Below are positions 18,991 through 27,373 of a stretch of 64,000 nt of DNA, one piece after another. Positions within the stretch are counted from its first letter, which is position 1, and every line of letters begins with the position of its first letter. The notes below the pieces were generated by a model, which saw only the letters and a list, made by a program, of their open reading frames with translations, did not search any database and was not told where the DNA came from. Position numbers and translations under genes: made by a program. Source of the stretch: Deltaproteobacteria bacterium (GTDB lineage: Bacteria > Myxococcota_A > Polyangia > DRWM01 > JAAZOP01); contig JACRCZ010000056.1 in NCBI GenBank assembly GCA_016218765.1, positions 28,162 through 92,161 on the forward strand. The letters run 5' to 3'.

Positions 18991-20781
18991 TCAGCAGCTC
19001 CCGCGGCACTCGCCCGTGTGCCCGCCGCTCGTGCAACACGACGCGGGGGCCACGCAGGAGACGCCGTCCACCGGGCAGATGCAGGCGTAGGACGAGCAGG
19101 CGCTGCCGGTGGGGTCGCCCAGGCAGTCGGAGTCGGCGCAGCAGTTGCCGGGGTTGCGGCAGGCGCCGCCGCAGCAGACGCCGGTGCCGCCCACCGCGCA
19201 CGTCGTCCCGTCCGGCTGGCGCACGTCGGCCGGGCAAGCCGAGGCCGAGCCGGTGCAGTTGTCGGGGATGTCGCAGCCTCCGGAGGGCGGCCTGCAGACC
19301 GTCGTCGCCGGGAGGTAGGCGTTGGGCGGACAGGCCGCCGACGTCCCCGTGCAGCTCTCGGCCGCGTCGCAGCCGCCGGGCGCCGCGGGACGGCACTCCG
19401 TCGCCGCCGGGCGGAAGACGTCGGCCGGGCACGGGGCCGAGGTCCCCGTGCAGTTCTCCGCGACATCGCAGCCGCCGAACGCCGCGGGACGACAGACGAC
19501 GGTTGCGAGCGCCACCAGGTCGGCGGGGCACGCGTCCGACGAGCCGGAGCACCGTTCCTCGACGTCGCAGGTCCCCGCGGCGGCGCGACATACTGCGGTG
19601 GCATCGAGCTTCGCGTCGGGCGGACAGGCGGCCGAAGTCCCGTCGCACCGCTCTTCGGCATCGCAGGCGCCGGCAGCCGGACGACAGGCGACGGTCGGGC
19701 CGGAACGCAAGTCGGACGGGCAGAGCAGCGAGGAGCCGTCGCAGCTCTCGGCGGGATCGCAGGCCCCGGCCGATGCCCGGCACTCGACGGACGACGTCGC
19801 CGGGACGCAGGCGTCGGTGCCGTCGTCGCAGCCGCCGACACAGCCGCCGATCGGGCAGGGGGGAGTTCCCGCCTCGCAGCCGCCGGCGCCGTCGCACGTC
19901 TCGCCGCCGTTGCAGAACGAGCCGTCCTCGCACGACGCGCCCGCCGGCACGGGGCTCCAGCTCCAGGGATCGACGCCGGGCCGGCAGGCCAGGCAGGCGT
20001 TGGCGGGGTCGACGGTGTCCGCCGGGATGCACTCGCCCGCGATGATGCACCAGCCCGGCGCGGCGTCGCAGCGCGCCTCGGCCCCGACACAGGCCTCGCA
20101 GGAGAGCGTGCAGCGCGCGCCGCTCCCGGCGCAGTCGCCGGACGCGCAGGCGTCGGCGACGGTGCACCAGTCGAGGTCGTCGCAGGGGGTGTCGTCGGGC
20201 TCGTCGACCGGGCCGCAGGCGCCGGTCGCGGGGTCGCAGACGTTCGTGCGGCAATCGGTGTCGCCGGACGGATCGCACACGACGACCGTGGTCTCGTCGA
20301 CGACGCACAGTCGATCGCGGCAGACGAGCGTTCCGTTGCACGGGTCGCCGTCCTCGTGCGCGGCGCATTCCGGGGTCGCGTCGCACTGGCAGTCGTTGGG
20401 GCCCGGAACGCACTCCAGGTCGGCGTTGCAGGTGTCGCCGTCGGTGCACGGGTTGCCGTCGTCGCAGGCGCCGCCCGCGTTGGACAGGTGGAAGCAGGAG
20501 CGGCCGCTGACGACGCTCTGGCAGGTATCGAGCGTGCACGGGTCGCCGTCGCCGCACTCGACGGCGGCATGGCAGGACCAGGTGCAGTCGGACTCGCAGC
20601 CGTCGCCGGGCGTCGCGTTCCGGTCGTCGCACTCCTCGGCGCCCTGGAGGACGCCGTCGCCGCAGATCTGCGGGCCGCCGTCGGCCTCGCCGCCGTCGCC
20701 GCCGTCGCCGCCGGCCAGACCCCCGGTGCTCAGCCCGCACCCGGCGGCGAGAGCGAGCAAGAGGAGGAACGCGCGCCTCAC
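18991..20781 (-). CDS. Cys-rich lipoprotein with myxobacterial-type CGDG and CDDGDPCT repeats and six disintegrin-like repeats
   Basis: GTG 20781 overlaps the upstream stop (GTGA). Lipobox AAGC, CGDGVLQGAEECDD, and six copies of CRxxxxxCDxxExCxGxSxxCPxD. Confidence 0.85.
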   Translation of the reverse strand: MRRAFLLLLALAAGCGLSTGGLAGGDGGDGGEADGGPQICGDGVLQGAEECDDRNATPGDGCESDCTWSCHAAVECGDGDPCTLDTCQSVVSGRSCFHLSNAGGACDDGNPCTDGDTCNADLECVPGPNDCQCDATPECAAHEDGDPCNGTLVCRDRLCVVDETTVVVCDPSGDTDCRTNVCDPATGACGPVDEPDDTPCDDLDWCTVADACASGDCAGSGARCTLSCEACVGAEARCDAAPGWCIIAGECIPADTVDPANACLACRPGVDPWSWSPVPAGASCEDGSFCNGGETCDGAGGCEAGTPPCPIGGCVGGCDDGTDACVPATSSVECRASAGACDPAESCDGSSLLCPSDLRSGPTVACRPAAGACDAEERCDGTSAACPPDAKLDATAVCRAAAGTCDVEERCSGSSDACPADLVALATVVCRPAAFGGCDVAENCTGTSAPCPADVFRPAATECRPAAPGGCDAAESCTGTSAACPPNAYLPATTVCRPPSGGCDIPDNCTGSASACPADVRQPDGTTCAVGGTGVCCGGACRNPGNCCADSDCLGDPTGSACSSYACICPVDGVSCVAPASCCTSGGHTGECRGSC

Positions 20782-22169
20782 AGGAGGATCTCGTCCTGGC
20801 ACACGCCAATCTCCATGATCATGTAGAAGAGCGTCAGCTCCTGCTCGTACAGCCCCGGATGCCTCCCGCCGCTGGTGCTGCCCACGGTGTGATAGGTCGT
20901 GAACAGCACGCGCCCGCAGCCGTACTGGAACGACACGGTGAAGGGGTGCGGGGTGTCGTAGTCCCAGGTGTCGACGGTGTGGCTGGTGCCGTCGAGATCG
21001 TCGGCGGTGTAGTTCCACGGTCCTTCGACCCAGGTGATCGGCATGCCGCGCACGACGGCGCCCGTGTCCGGATCGGTTCCCATCTCGCCTTCGAACAACC
21101 CGCCGATCGTGTCCCAATTCTCGAGGGTGTCGAAGCCGTCGTCGAGCAGGTCCTGGGCATCGAGCCAGTCGTGGAGCCCGGTATCGACGGCCGTGGACGG
21201 CGCGTCGAAGGGCGGACCGTGGTTGCAGGTCGGGGGATTCGTGTCCGCCTCGCTGCACCCGCCGTAGAGCGGGCTGTTGAACCAGATGAAGTCGGGCCAG
21301 GGCTGCTCCACGACGGGCATGGCGTAGTCCGAGACGTACAGCTTGCCGCCCTCGGCCACGTACTGCCGCACGCGGTCCTGGACCTCGACGTTGCCCATGA
21401 AGCGGAAGATGGCGTTGTAGGAGCAGTTGAAGAAGATGATGTGGTACGGGCGCATGGTCTCGATGGCGCCGAGCAGGTCCCACTTGTTGGCGCCGTGGTG
21501 TTCCGTGTCGCCGTTGTCGTAGAGGTCGAACGGGGCGTCGGTCTGGTCGTAGTCGTAGCCGTACGCGGAATCGTCCGCGCCGATGCCGACCTTGGCCAGG
21601 ATGTCCTCGATGTGGTCGTAGTCCCCGTAGAGTACGGCGATGTTCGGGATGGTGTCGCCGATCGCGCGATCGGTCCGACTGGGCAGCGTCGTGCGCCACA
21701 CGTCCAGGTCGTAGTCGCCTTCCGTCGCCGGGACGTCGTACTCGGCCACGCGCCGGAACTGGCCTTTCTGCACCGCCAGCCAGTAGTGCCCGCCCGGAGG
21801 AAGGGCGAGCAGGAACGAGCCGTCGGCGGCGGACATCGTGTGCGGCACGGACGGGTCGAGCGTCACGCACTCCTCGCAGTACACCTCGTCGGGGATTTCG
21901 GGAGGCGGCGCGAGGTAGGCGGCGACGAGCGCCCCGGAGACCGGGAAGAGCGACGGCGCGTCGGGCGGCGCCGGCCCCCACACGGTACCGTGCAGGCGCG
22001 CCCCGGGGGGGACGTACGCGTCGGCCTCGGCGTCCCCTCCCCCGCCTTCGTCCCCGGCGCCACCCTCGTCCGTGCGCCCCACGTCGCCGTGGACCGTCTC
22101 GTCCGGATCCGAGCATCCCGGCCCGCCGGCCAGCACCAGGCAACCCACGACCCACGTCCATCGCCGCAT
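20778..22169 (-). CDS. Lipoprotein with a carboxypeptidase-regulatory-like (Ig-like) domain and an uncharacterised C-terminal domain
   Basis: GGAGG RBS, lipobox GPGC, GTVWGP..PVSGALV..SAADGSFLL..VQKGQFRR segment, and typical GC3 codon bias. Confidence 0.75.
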   Translation of the reverse strand: MRRWTWVVGCLVLAGGPGCSDPDETVHGDVGRTDEGGAGDEGGGGDAEADAYVPPGARLHGTVWGPAPPDAPSLFPVSGALVAAYLAPPPEIPDEVYCEECVTLDPSVPHTMSAADGSFLLALPPGGHYWLAVQKGQFRRVAEYDVPATEGDYDLDVWRTTLPSRTDRAIGDTIPNIAVLYGDYDHIEDILAKVGIGADDSAYGYDYDQTDAPFDLYDNGDTEHHGANKWDLLGAIETMRPYHIIFFNCSYNAIFRFMGNVEVQDRVRQYVAEGGKLYVSDYAMPVVEQPWPDFIWFNSPLYGGCSEADTNPPTCNHGPPFDAPSTAVDTGLHDWLDAQDLLDDGFDTLENWDTIGGLFEGEMGTDPDTGAVVRGMPITWVEGPWNYTADDLDGTSHTVDTWDYDTPHPFTVSFQYGCGRVLFTTYHTVGSTSGGRHPGLYEQELTLFYMIMEIGVCQDEILL

Positions 22170-22236
22170 GGCGCACCTCCGAGGCACCGTCAGTGTGGAC
22201 GATCTCTCGCGCACCGGCAAGGTGCGGGAGGAATGC

Positions 22237-23055
22237 TCAGTAGCACGCGCAGTCGGTGGGGGAGGAGCAGATGCCGAAGGTGAAGCCCGAATCGCGGCAG
22301 GTGTCGGAGCAGAGGCCGGGATCGCAGGCGCCGGGATCGGACTTGAGGCCCTCGGCGCCGCCGTCGCCCGGCGGCGGCAGGTCGCCGCCGGAGTCGCGGC
22401 CTTCCCAGCCGTCACGGCCCTCCCAGCCCTCGCGGCCGTCGCGCGGCGGCGGGCCGCCGTCGGTGGGCGGGGGATCGCCGTCGGTGCCGCCGTCCGAGCC
22501 GCCGCCGTCGCAGACGCAGCGGTCGCGGATGCACCGTCCGCCCGAGGCTCCGCCGATCAGGCATTCGATGTTGCAGCTCGTGTCGTCGCAGCCGCCGCCG
22601 TCGGAGCCGCCGTCCGGGCCGCCGTCGGGGCCCCCGCCGTCGCCCATGCCGTCGCGCATCCCGTCGCGCATCCCGTCGCGCATCCCGTCGCGCATCCCGT
22701 CGCGCATCCCGTCGCCCATGCCGTCGGGCGGGGCGTCGGGAATCGCGTCCGCGACGCCGTCGGGCGGCGGGGCGTCGGCGTCCGCGTCCGCGTCCGCGGC
22801 CGAGCCGTCCGGGGCGGGCGTGTCGGCGTCGGCGTCCGCGGCGTCGCTCACGCAGCGGCACGCATCCTCCGCGCAGTAGCCGTCGTCGAAGCCGACCACC
22901 CGGCACGCGTCGCGGCACTCGTCCGGAACGCATCCCCCCGCGCCGGGCACGTCGAAGCACCAGCCCGCGCCGCATCGCGGCTCGTCGAAGTCGGAACGAC
23001 CGCCGCACGAGACGGCGACCCACACGATGACGACCGCGGGAAGAATGGTCTTCAT
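22237..23055 (-). CDS. Lipoprotein with three defensin-pattern (C-x4-C-x3-C-x9-C-x4/5-C-x-C) modules separated by acidic repeat linkers
   Basis: AGGAG RBS and lipobox AVSC. Modules at 22852-22932, 22510-22590 and 22243-22326. Confidence 0.8.
   Translation of the reverse strand: MKTILPAVVIVWVAVSCGGRSDFDEPRCGAGWCFDVPGAGGCVPDECRDACRVVGFDDGYCAEDACRCVSDAADADADTPAPDGSAADADADADAPPPDGVADAIPDAPPDGMGDGMRDGMRDGMRDGMRDGMRDGMGDGGGPDGGPDGGSDGGGCDDTSCNIECLIGGASGGRCIRDRCVCDGGGSDGGTDGDPPPTDGGPPPRDGREGWEGRDGWEGRDSGGDLPPPGDGGAEGLKSDPGACDPGLCSDTCRDSGFTFGICSSPTDCACY
22651..22710. repeat. 12-bp tandem repeat (GTCGCGCATCCC)5 encoding (DGMR)5
   Basis: Five exact units with variant units on each side. Confidence 0.9.
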
Positions 23056-23125
23056 GAGCCCGCTCCTTTCGGGCGGAGGTGTACCACATCCGCAGCGTCG
23101 GGCAAACGCCGACGAGCGACGAGGG

Positions 23126-24223
23126 TCAGGGGCCGGGGGCCGCGGGAGCCAGCGCGCGGGCGCCCAGGGGGATGCAATCGCGGCGGATGGCGGGTTCCTC
23201 GCCGGCGGCTCCGCCGCAGCGCAGCTCGAGGCACCGGCCCTGGGTCCAGGGAAGGAAGACGACGTACCAGAGCTGCGGCCGCGGCTCGTCCATGCGCACG
23301 AAGAAGCTGCGGCCCTCGCCGAGAGGGGACGACACCGGGAGCATCGCCAGGCCCTCGTCGAGCTCGGGTCGCGCGCCCGCGGCGGTGAAGGCGTCGAGGA
23401 CGCGGACCATGCGTTCCGGGTCGGCGGGGCGGCAGTCCGGCCGGTCGTAGACGTGGACGGAGAGCCGGCCCTCCGGGCGGAGGGCGCGGAAGAGCGCGCC
23501 GTCGTGCGGCAGGAGGGTGCTTTCCTCGCGGAGGATGTACCAGCCGTCGGGCACGGAGAGGCGCAGTCCGGCGCGGGGGTCCACGCGGACAGGTCCGTCG
23601 TACGACTCCGCCGCGACCTGCTCCACGGCGCGGGACGTGGTGAACATCCCGGTGGCGGTGGTCACGACGAGCGCGACGGGGTAGAGGGCGAAGAGGCCGA
23701 GCGCTCCGAGTGCCCGCTTGGGGCCGGGCTCGCCGACCGCCAGCAGGAGCGCGGCCGGGAACACGGTCGCGGCCTCCAGCACGTAGGACGGGTGCCGCGT
23801 CTTGGCGTACGAGAGCACGGCGAACAGGATGCCCACGGCGGCCAGCCCCGTGGAGAACAGCCGCGCCTGCTTCGCCTCGCGCAGCACGGCGAACGCCACG
23901 ATCAGCGCCGCGATTCCCCCCGTGTAGAACTCGGGCCCCATCCGCGCCGGCAGGAGGGGCACCGGCACGGCCCGCACCAGGACCGGACCCACGAGGTGGA
24001 CCAGGGCATAGCCGGCCCAGAGGATTGCCAGGACGACGCCCGGACCGTGCGGTCGCTGCAGCATGCGGAGGCTCTTGCCCTTGTGGGTCTCCACGTACCC
24101 CGCGAGGTACTCGTCCCGGCAGCGTTTGGAACAGACGGGGATCTTGGTTCCCGGGTCGCCGCACACGGGCACCTGGATCGGCTGGCGCGTGAGTTTCCCG
24201 CAGACATGACACTTGCTCGCCAC
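23126..24223 (-). CDS. Membrane protein with an N-terminal Cys-rich (CxxC...C...CxxxC) putative Zn-binding region
   Basis: KCHVCG...CSKRC followed by about 5 hydrophobic helices and a soluble C-terminal domain. GTG 24223 is preferred over ATG 24232 because of a -10 box 7 nt upstream. Confidence 0.6.
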   Translation of the reverse strand: MASKCHVCGKLTRQPIQVPVCGDPGTKIPVCSKRCRDEYLAGYVETHKGKSLRMLQRPHGPGVVLAILWAGYALVHLVGPVLVRAVPVPLLPARMGPEFYTGGIAALIVAFAVLREAKQARLFSTGLAAVGILFAVLSYAKTRHPSYVLEAATVFPAALLLAVGEPGPKRALGALGLFALYPVALVVTTATGMFTTSRAVEQVAAESYDGPVRVDPRAGLRLSVPDGWYILREESTLLPHDGALFRALRPEGRLSVHVYDRPDCRPADPERMVRVLDAFTAAGARPELDEGLAMLPVSSPLGEGRSFFVRMDEPRPQLWYVVFLPWTQGRCLELRCGGAAGEEPAIRRDCIPLGARALAPAAPGP

Positions 24224-24230
24224 GGGTCGC

Positions 24231-24236
24231 ATCCTA
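24231..24236 (-). promoter_or_regulatory. -10 box TAGGAT 7 nt before GTG 24223 (probably leaderless)
   Basis: Spacing matches the other leaderless candidates in the window. Confidence 0.3.
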
Positions 24237-24256
24237 CATCGTTCGCGGTCCCGCGG

Positions 24257-25204
24257 TCACCGCGGGGCGCGGCCGGGGTCGACACGCGAATCGGCCCCGG
24301 GTTCCTCGGAGACGAAGAAACGGGCGGACGCGACGCGCCCCGACGTGCGGTCGAGGCGCAGGAACGCGAGCCCGCGCTCGCGCCGCCCCCGCGCCGCCAG
24401 CTCGAAACGGAACGACACGCTCCACCCTGCCGGCGTCACGTCGGCCGCGGAGAGGCGCGCGCCCGCGGGCAGGGACGCCAGCCAACGGGCCGGGGACACC
24501 CGACCCGGCGCGGCGGTCGCGCCGTCCTCGCCCGGAGCATCCGGGGATCGGTCCACGGGATGCTCGACCTCTGCCCCCGGCCCCGAGAAGAGCGCCGCGA
24601 GAGCCCCTTCGTCGCGCGCCGCCACGGCCGACGCCACCGACTCGACGACGTCCCGGCCCCGCCGGCCGACGCCGTCCACCATTCCGCGCGAGTATCCGAG
24701 CGTTCCGGCCAGGCCCTGGATGCGCAGCATCCGGAGCGACAGCCGGGCCATCGTCGCCAGTCCTCGCCCTCCGCCGCGCAGCGCCTGCAGCGACATGCGC
24801 GGCAGCTCCCAGTGCGCCGCCAATCGCCCGATCCGCAGGGCGCCCGCCTCCCCTGCCAGCTGGTAGAGCAGGTGCGACGGGACGGTCAGCTCCAGGCCGG
24901 TCGACAGGCGCGTGTGGATGAGCACGTCGCGCGCGACCTCGCGGCCCGCGACGATGTCCTCGCGCACCTCGAAGCGGATGTCGTTCGGCGCGATGAACGT
25001 GTCCCAGAAGCGCCCCAGCTCGTCGTCCGGCGGATGTCCGCGCCTGCCGGCACCCTTGCGGTGCGGCGCGCTGCCCACCGGATCCTCGACCACCGCGCCT
25101 TCGGTGAACAGCGCGAGCCAGGCGTCCTTGTCGTGCCGCGCGACGCACGCCGGGGACGCGTCCACCAATTCCAGGGCCCGCTCGCGCGTCGGCGTCGTCG
25201 GCAT
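24257..25204 (-). CDS. SnoaL/NTF2-like (ketosteroid-isomerase-like) protein with two domains
   Basis: HDKDAWLALFTEGAVVEDPVGS is a typical N-terminal NTF2-like motif. A second degenerate copy (RDEGALAALFS..VEHPVD) follows. Confidence 0.75.
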   Translation of the reverse strand: MPTTPTRERALELVDASPACVARHDKDAWLALFTEGAVVEDPVGSAPHRKGAGRRGHPPDDELGRFWDTFIAPNDIRFEVREDIVAGREVARDVLIHTRLSTGLELTVPSHLLYQLAGEAGALRIGRLAAHWELPRMSLQALRGGGRGLATMARLSLRMLRIQGLAGTLGYSRGMVDGVGRRGRDVVESVASAVAARDEGALAALFSGPGAEVEHPVDRSPDAPGEDGATAAPGRVSPARWLASLPAGARLSAADVTPAGWSVSFRFELAARGRRERGLAFLRLDRTSGRVASARFFVSEEPGADSRVDPGRAPR

Positions 25205-25211
25205 CCGCGCG

Positions 25212-25239
25212 AGACTACCCGTGCGCCGTGCCGCGTCAA
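25212..25239 (-). promoter_or_regulatory. sigma70-type promoter TTGACG-N16-TAGTCT, 7 nt before ATG 25204 (leaderless)
   Basis: Both hexamers are near consensus and there is no SD. Confidence 0.5.
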
Positions 25240-25322
25240 GTGGCTGAGGCGCGCCGCCGTCGGGATCGGCTCGCCGAACGCGTCGCCGCCGGAGGGTCCC
25301 GCGATCGGGCCGGCCGGTCGCC

Positions 25323-25802
25323 CTACACGAAGAGCTGGACGTCGGCGTCCGCGGCGAAGTCGAGGAACGCGGCGGCGCCGGCGACGTCGGCACCCTCGAT
25401 CAGATCCTCGGCGGCGACGCCCATCACGCCCATCGTCGTCGAGCAGGCGAACAGCTTGACGCCGGACTCGCGCGCCATGGTCAGGAACTCGGGCAGGGTC
25501 GGCAGGTTGGCCTTGCGCATCCAGCCCTTCATCATCGCCGTCGCCGCGGCGGTCATGCCGGGCAGCACGCCGAGCACATTGGGCATGGGGACGGGCATGG
25601 CGGGGTTCGCCAGAGGCGGCACCTTGAGCTTCTTGTGCTTCTTCTTGTGCAGCACGTCCAGGCCGTAGAAGGTGAAGAAGATGCCGGCCTCCCAACCCAT
25701 GCTCGTCGCGGTCGTAGCCAGGATCAGCGGCGGATAGGCGTAGTCCAGGGTCCCGCGGGAGGCGACGATGGCGATACGTCGCGGACGGGAGGGAGCGGTC
25801 AT
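25323..25802 (-). CDS. DsrE/DsrF-like (DsrE2/peroxiredoxin-like) sulfur carrier
   Basis: GTLDYAYPPLILA, IFFTFYGL, FACSTTMGVMG and GAAAFL. The start overlaps the tusA stop (ATGA). Confidence 0.85.
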   Translation of the reverse strand: MTAPSRPRRIAIVASRGTLDYAYPPLILATTATSMGWEAGIFFTFYGLDVLHKKKHKKLKVPPLANPAMPVPMPNVLGVLPGMTAAATAMMKGWMRKANLPTLPEFLTMARESGVKLFACSTTMGVMGVAAEDLIEGADVAGAAAFLDFAADADVQLFV

Positions 25803-26050
25803 CGGGTGCCGCTCTTGCGCACGTAGAAGACGTGCACGCCATCCTCCAGGCGCGTGTCGAGCAGCTCGTGCCCGGTCTGGCGGGCGAAGGCAGGGAAGTC
25901 GCGCAGCGAGCCCGGGTCGGTGCAGAGCAATCGCAGCACCTGGCCCGAGGTCATCCGGGCCAACGCCTGCGACGCCTTGTACACGGGCATCGGACAGAGC
26001 ATCTTCCGGCAGTCCAGGGTCAGGTCGGATGCGATCGGTTCCTCCGCCAT
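25799..26050 (-). CDS. tusA: TusA/SirA-family sulfurtransferase
   Basis: LDCRKMLCPMP (CPxP), TDPGSLRDF, 83 aa. Confidence 0.88.
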   Translation of the reverse strand: MAEEPIASDLTLDCRKMLCPMPVYKASQALARMTSGQVLRLLCTDPGSLRDFPAFARQTGHELLDTRLEDGVHVFYVRKSGTR

Positions 26051-26296
26051 CACGCCCCCTTCGGCCGGCGCGCACGCGCGCCAGACAACGCCGGCACCGT
26101 AACGACGACCCGCCAGACGGTCAAGAGCGAGAGCGCGAGCCGAGAGCACGAGCGGACCGGAACCACCCCTCCCGCCCACTCGACCCAGGCCGCCACGGAC
26201 CCGTTCCGCCCGTTCCGCCCATTTGACCCCCGGGCTCGCTCGCGTCAGTCTGTCGTCCGGCGCCCGCGGCCCGCGCGGGACGCAGGGAGGACGACG

Positions 26297-27373
26297 ATGC
26301 CACGGCTCCAGACGCTTCCCCATCGGTGTCCATCGGTGTCCATCGGTGGTTGCTTCCTTCTGTTCTCCGTCCTCGTGCCCCTTTCCCCCGCCTGCACCCC
26401 GAACGCGGCGGACGACGACGAAGCGGGGAGCGAGACGGGGGACGCCATCGATGCGGAGCACGTCTCCGACGGGCGGGAGCGGCCGGCGGAGGAGGAGATC
26501 ACGGTGCCTCCCAACCCGATCGCGCCGGAGCGCTACGATTGCGGCGCGCACGACGACCCGCCGCCCGAGCGCACGAGTCCCATCGCCTGGAGCTGCCTCC
26601 TCGACCACACATGCCGCGAGCGTTTCATCATCGGCCACCGGGGCGCCGGCGGTGATTTCGGCGTGGTTGCGCCCGAGAACTCGCTGGCCGCCTTCCGCGC
26701 CGCCATCCTGATGGCCACCGACTACCTGGAGACGGATCCGCGCGTGACGACGGACGGCGAGGTGATCCTGTTCCATGATCCCGAGGTCGACCGGGTGATG
26801 GAGGGCACGGGCACGATCGAGGCGATGACGTTCGCGCAGGTGCGCGCGTTGTCGTTCCAGACGGACAAGTACGAGGGGGACTTCTCGTGCGAGCGCATTC
26901 CGACGCTGCGCGAGGCGATCGCGCTGTGCCGCGACCGGGCGATCCTGATGCTGGACATGAACAAGACGGACGACGTGGAGGCGGTCGTCGCCGTCATCCA
27001 GGAGGAGGACGCGGTCGACCAGGTGATCTTCGACACCTCGAGCCTGGACAAGATCGATCGCGCGCTGACGCTCGAGCCCGGCCTGGCGATCCAGATCCGC
27101 CCGGACACGGCGGCGGACATCGCGCCGCAGGTCGAGCATTACGCGCCGCTCATCCCGACGATCGTGGAGCTGGAGGCGAACATCCTGGAGGAGGGTGCGC
27201 CCATCGTGCACGCCCTGCCCTCGCGCGTCACGATCGACGTCTTCCTCAGCGCCGACCTCCGCGCCGTCTTCCTGGGCGACCTCGCCGCCTACGCCGCGTG
27301 GTACGACGACGGCGCGGACATGCTGATGACCGAGCGCCCGTATCTCGCCGCGATCGCGCTCGGCCGCCTGTAG
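26297..27373 (+). CDS. Glycerophosphodiester phosphodiesterase family lipoprotein
   Basis: GGAGG RBS, lipobox SPAC, GHRG, PENSLAAF, ETDPRVTTDGEVILFHD and IPTLREA. Confidence 0.85.
   Translation: MPRLQTLPHRCPSVSIGGCFLLFSVLVPLSPACTPNAADDDEAGSETGDAIDAEHVSDGRERPAEEEITVPPNPIAPERYDCGAHDDPPPERTSPIAWSCLLDHTCRERFIIGHRGAGGDFGVVAPENSLAAFRAAILMATDYLETDPRVTTDGEVILFHDPEVDRVMEGTGTIEAMTFAQVRALSFQTDKYEGDFSCERIPTLREAIALCRDRAILMLDMNKTDDVEAVVAVIQEEDAVDQVIFDTSSLDKIDRALTLEPGLAIQIRPDTAADIAPQVEHYAPLIPTIVELEANILEEGAPIVHALPSRVTIDVFLSADLRAVFLGDLAAYAAWYDDGADMLMTERPYLAAIALGRL
26315..26353. repeat. Decamer repeat element (CATCGGTGTC)n inside a signal-peptide coding region, copy 2
   Basis: Near-identical to 18345-18383; both read LPHRCPSVxIGG. 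Confidence 0.9.

Noticed and set aside
18991-22176. 1061-aa ORF suggesting one large protein
   Set aside because: Only the part from GTG 20781 is real. The upstream part overlaps the 20778-22169 gene in another frame. The same applies to the over-extended starts of ORFs 5240-8131, 47578-50727, 32967-35969, 59881-62877 and 59868-63398.
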